DNA from: Xylographa opegraphella
Lineage: Eukaryota
Assembly (NCBI GenBank): GCA_022813865.1
Contig: JALDZX010000056.1
Location: 1-64,000 of the forward strand
Reading direction: 5' to 3'
DNA length: 64,000 nucleotides
How positions within the stretch are numbered: position 1 is the first letter of the stretch; every line of letters begins with the position of its first letter. This document shows, piece by piece, positions 61,067-64,000 of the stretch. The notes under the pieces were generated by a model. The model had not been told where the DNA came from, made no database searches, and saw only the letters and a program-made list of their open reading frames with translations. The position numbers and the translations under genes are program-made.

Positions 61067-63473
61067 GGCGTGCTTCCAAGGAGGTGTCCCTAGTTCCTTC
61101 CAGATTCGGCGTCTGGATCTTGATGATCGGCTGAGAGAATTCTGACAAACGATATGATCGAGACGAGCCAGGGTGACGGAGAAAACCTCGAAGAATCGAG
61201 GTCTTTGGCTTCTCGACCGACGTGTTGGGACAGGGAAGCTTGTGCGAGGTGAAGCTGGTGGGCAGGCACGAATGCCACGGGCAAATGGGTGGATGAGTGG
61301 GATGTCGTCTTTTCCGCTCGCTTGCCCACCGATAACGTCTCCACGTTGGAGATGTGTCGAAGACCTTCGCAGACCGGAGGCCGTCAAGGTCGGTAACCGC
61401 CCGGGAAGTGGTGTTCAAGGCCGCGCTGTCGTGGTGCTGCGGGGACTCCTCAACGTGAAACGGAACTGGCTCGGATGTTGGATTCCTTTATCAGACTCGC
61501 CGTCACCGGTTTCGGGTGAGGACAGGTTCTCGAAATCGTACAAGCTTTCTCGAATGTGAAGGAGGGATATGTGAGGGAAAGTGGTTCGTGATAGTTTTCG
61601 TAGGACAGCGTTCAACGGGGGATCGTGAAAAGAACGACGACGAGCGTTTGAACAATAAATGGAGTCCCTAATGCGACGGACGGGGGTGCAGGGCGAGCAA
61701 ACAAGCGCGTTTGCTGTGGCCGGCTGCACCGTATGTATATGCGCTGAAAGCAAAAGGGAGTGTCGTGAGAATGGATGGATGAATTAATTAATTAGCCCAG
61801 ATGTTTGTTCGTCCCCTCCTGTCCGCAGGAAGCGTTTGCAGGCTGATGAGGTGGCTCGGTGGAAGGGTAGCATGGTAGGGGGGGGTGGGAGGGATGCGTT
61901 CTGTGGATGCGCAACGGTTGGCTCCACAAGGCTGGGGGGACTTTTTGGCGACACGATTCCGATTCTTTTTGGTTTCTACAAAGTACACTGAGGGGCACTG
62001 CGAACCCTATTTCCGACCGAGGCCAATCAGCAGTCGGTCCGACAGGGATCGTGACGTCTTAGTACGGCTCTAGCGCCCAAAGCGGATGGTGGTAGAAGGA
62101 CGGGGCTTCTAGAAAAGACGAAGGCTGTCCAAGGGCTGCAAGGGGGCTTGGAACGCTTGAAAGGCGCCCACCCGACACCTTGTGCCCCAAGTGACAATGA
62201 CCATGATAAAGAAACAGGAACTACTTCACGATCTAGCACGCGGCCAATTCAACTCCTGCTGAGTATTGTCTCACCCAGTTCTTTCTGTGGTCGCTCTGGC
62301 AAGCACAAACAGACCTGAGACGAGGGCGGGTCGGAATGATTGCTTATGCAGGCTTCTAGCTCACGCCTAGCGCCATGGAGAGGATCCACCGACACTAGTC
62401 AGTATCGGGTTTGCCTCCTGCTACCCTTACCATCCACGTAACATGAATAATGCCTGTTGCTGGGAAAATCCTTCGGACTCATCACCGTTGCACAATCAAT
62501 CCACCCTGGAAATGAAAATCTGCAGCGCCAGCGGGGTCGACCCCATAACAAACCAGAGTGCTTCATGCGCCAGTAATGCTGGGGACGTTATCCAGTAGTC
62601 GGGCCGGCTGCTAGTCCCCGTGATCCCTATTCGAGCAGCAAGCACTTTCTTCCTCTTGCCTCCTCCGTCCCTGTAAACTCTACCCGGCTCCCGGTTCCAC
62701 CTGCCTGTGACAAGCGTTGCTGCCTCCTAGGTACCTTATGTATGACTAAGGTGGCTGGCGAACAATGGCAAAGAAAGAGACCGACCAGGATCAATGATCA
62801 CCAACAAGCGTGAGCTAACATAGTACTCCGTACTATATGCACTACGTTGATTTCTACCTGACTCGTGTCAATGAGGTCAATGATAGAAAATAGGGTAATA
62901 ATCACTATTCGGGCTAGAGCCACGTTTCCCGACCAAGCTAGAACATTTGGCGGCCTTCTGGAACGTCGATCATCCCACGCTCGCGACGCCCGACGTGAAT
63001 CCGTGAATACGTGAATGTCTCCGACTCCTGCGCTTCTAGCAAGTAACGCCTACAGCCGTCCCCCTTGCGCAAGCTTACTCGTCCTAACCGAGGACTCCGT
63101 CAGCTGCAAGCCACCGGCAACCACTGGGTCGAGTCAATCCGTCCATCTCGCGGTCTTGCGCGCCCATTTCCCTATCGAGCCTCACGCTCATTGGTGGGGG
63201 CCTTCCGCTGCCCTGCATGCAGTCAGCTTCTTCATACACCACCAATCTGTGGGCAGCCAGAAGCTACCGACATGCTTACGGCCAGCGTCCAGAACCCCGA
63301 ATAGCCTACCTTACGCTCAAGTTCGTGCGCCGCGGTAAGCTCATACGTAAGGCAGCTGGCCGCCTCGGCAGTGTGAGCCCTGCTTCACTGACCGGCCGGA
63401 GAATGAGTAAAATCCGGCTGGTCTGCTCCAAAAGGTCACTGCTGCCAAGAAGTGCCCTTCAACCCGAGTCCTG

Positions 63474-64000
63474 TCATTCATCGATCCCGTGTGATGCCGT
63501 GGTGCGCCGCTGGCATATGCGGCTTGATGAGCTGGTCTCGAGGCTAGCGGTATTCAGATCCCATCCAGATGCCTCCAACGCAACTAAGCTTTGTCCCCAC
63601 CGGATTGAAATCTGTTTTAGAGTTTCTTGCAGCCGCCGAAGCGTCTCCTCGTCCATTGATTTCGCATTTGCGCCTGCACGGTCTTCGCTCGCTTGCAGCT
63701 GAGCCATCAATAGTGCATGAGACCATGCTTTCAGTTGCGACTGTGGTGACGCTTTGCTTTTCACGACGATCAGGGCGAGGTGGCGTGATCTCTCATACCA
63801 TAACAGGTATTCCTCTTCTTGGAATATGCTCACCAGTCTCTCGAGACTAATTGATGGACTGCGAACCGAGCTCGTGACACGATGCGGTTGACCCAGAAAG
63901 CCAATCACTCCTTTCAATGACACCCCAATCACTGCTTTACCAATTATTCGAGTCCCACACCACCGCAGTACGCCGTCTCGTTCGAAGATGCGCTCTTGCA
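63474..64000 (-). CDS. DUF647/RUS1-family protein, 3' part only (truncated by the window end)
   Basis: The frame is open from the window edge: QERIFERDGVLRW...IGVSL...IFQEEEYLLW...QLKAWSHAL...LEASGWDL. This resembles fungal DUF647 C-termini as I recall them. Confidence 0.75.
   Translation of the reverse strand, partial: QERIFERDGVLRWCGTRIIGKAVIGVSLKGVIGFLGQPHRVTSSVRSPSISLERLVSIFQEEEYLLWYERSRHLALIVVKSKASPQSQLKAWSHALLMAQLQASEDRAGANAKSMDEETLRRLQETLKQISIRWGQSLVALEASGWDLNTASLETSSSSRICQRRTTASHGIDE

Overview
Eukaryotic DNA from a filamentous ascomycete (Pezizomycotina). The evidence is short GT-AG introns with CTRAY branch points, fungal housekeeping orthologues and repeat-induced point mutation (RIP) signatures. 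Bases 1-2.6 kb are a RIP-destroyed Ty3/Gypsy chromovirus 3' end (integrase, chromodomain, PPT, LTR) followed by an AT-rich four-copy tandem array. Bases 2.9-45.2 kb are gene-dense: CAX/VCX1-type exchanger, CYS4, SRP102, AKR1, two decayed genes (FAD monooxygenase, LrgB-like), KRE9-like, Xaa-Pro peptidase, Pho80-type cyclin, an unknown protein, a GPI-anchored DUF4185-like protein, RPL43 (absent from the ORF track), a RING-PHD protein, an unknown protein, PRO1, ATP23, Aurora kinase, TIP41, CBP3 and PNK1. From about 46.6 kb the DNA is GC-richer with long intergenic regions. It carries a Ser/Pro-rich protein, ALG14, IMA1, a repeat-containing orphan, rgsA and the 3' end of a DUF647/RUS1 gene. I cannot demonstrate a new biological system. 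The best leads are regulatory: an ~800-nt AUG-free rgsA leader with an in-frame CUG in strong context, a recurrent intergenic AGGTACCT palindrome, three clustered GC-AG introns, stop-free 3n introns inside catalytic domains, G-quadruplex-type heptamer arrays and a pseudogene island. Gene identities come from motif recognition by eye, not database searches, and exon boundaries are hand-derived.
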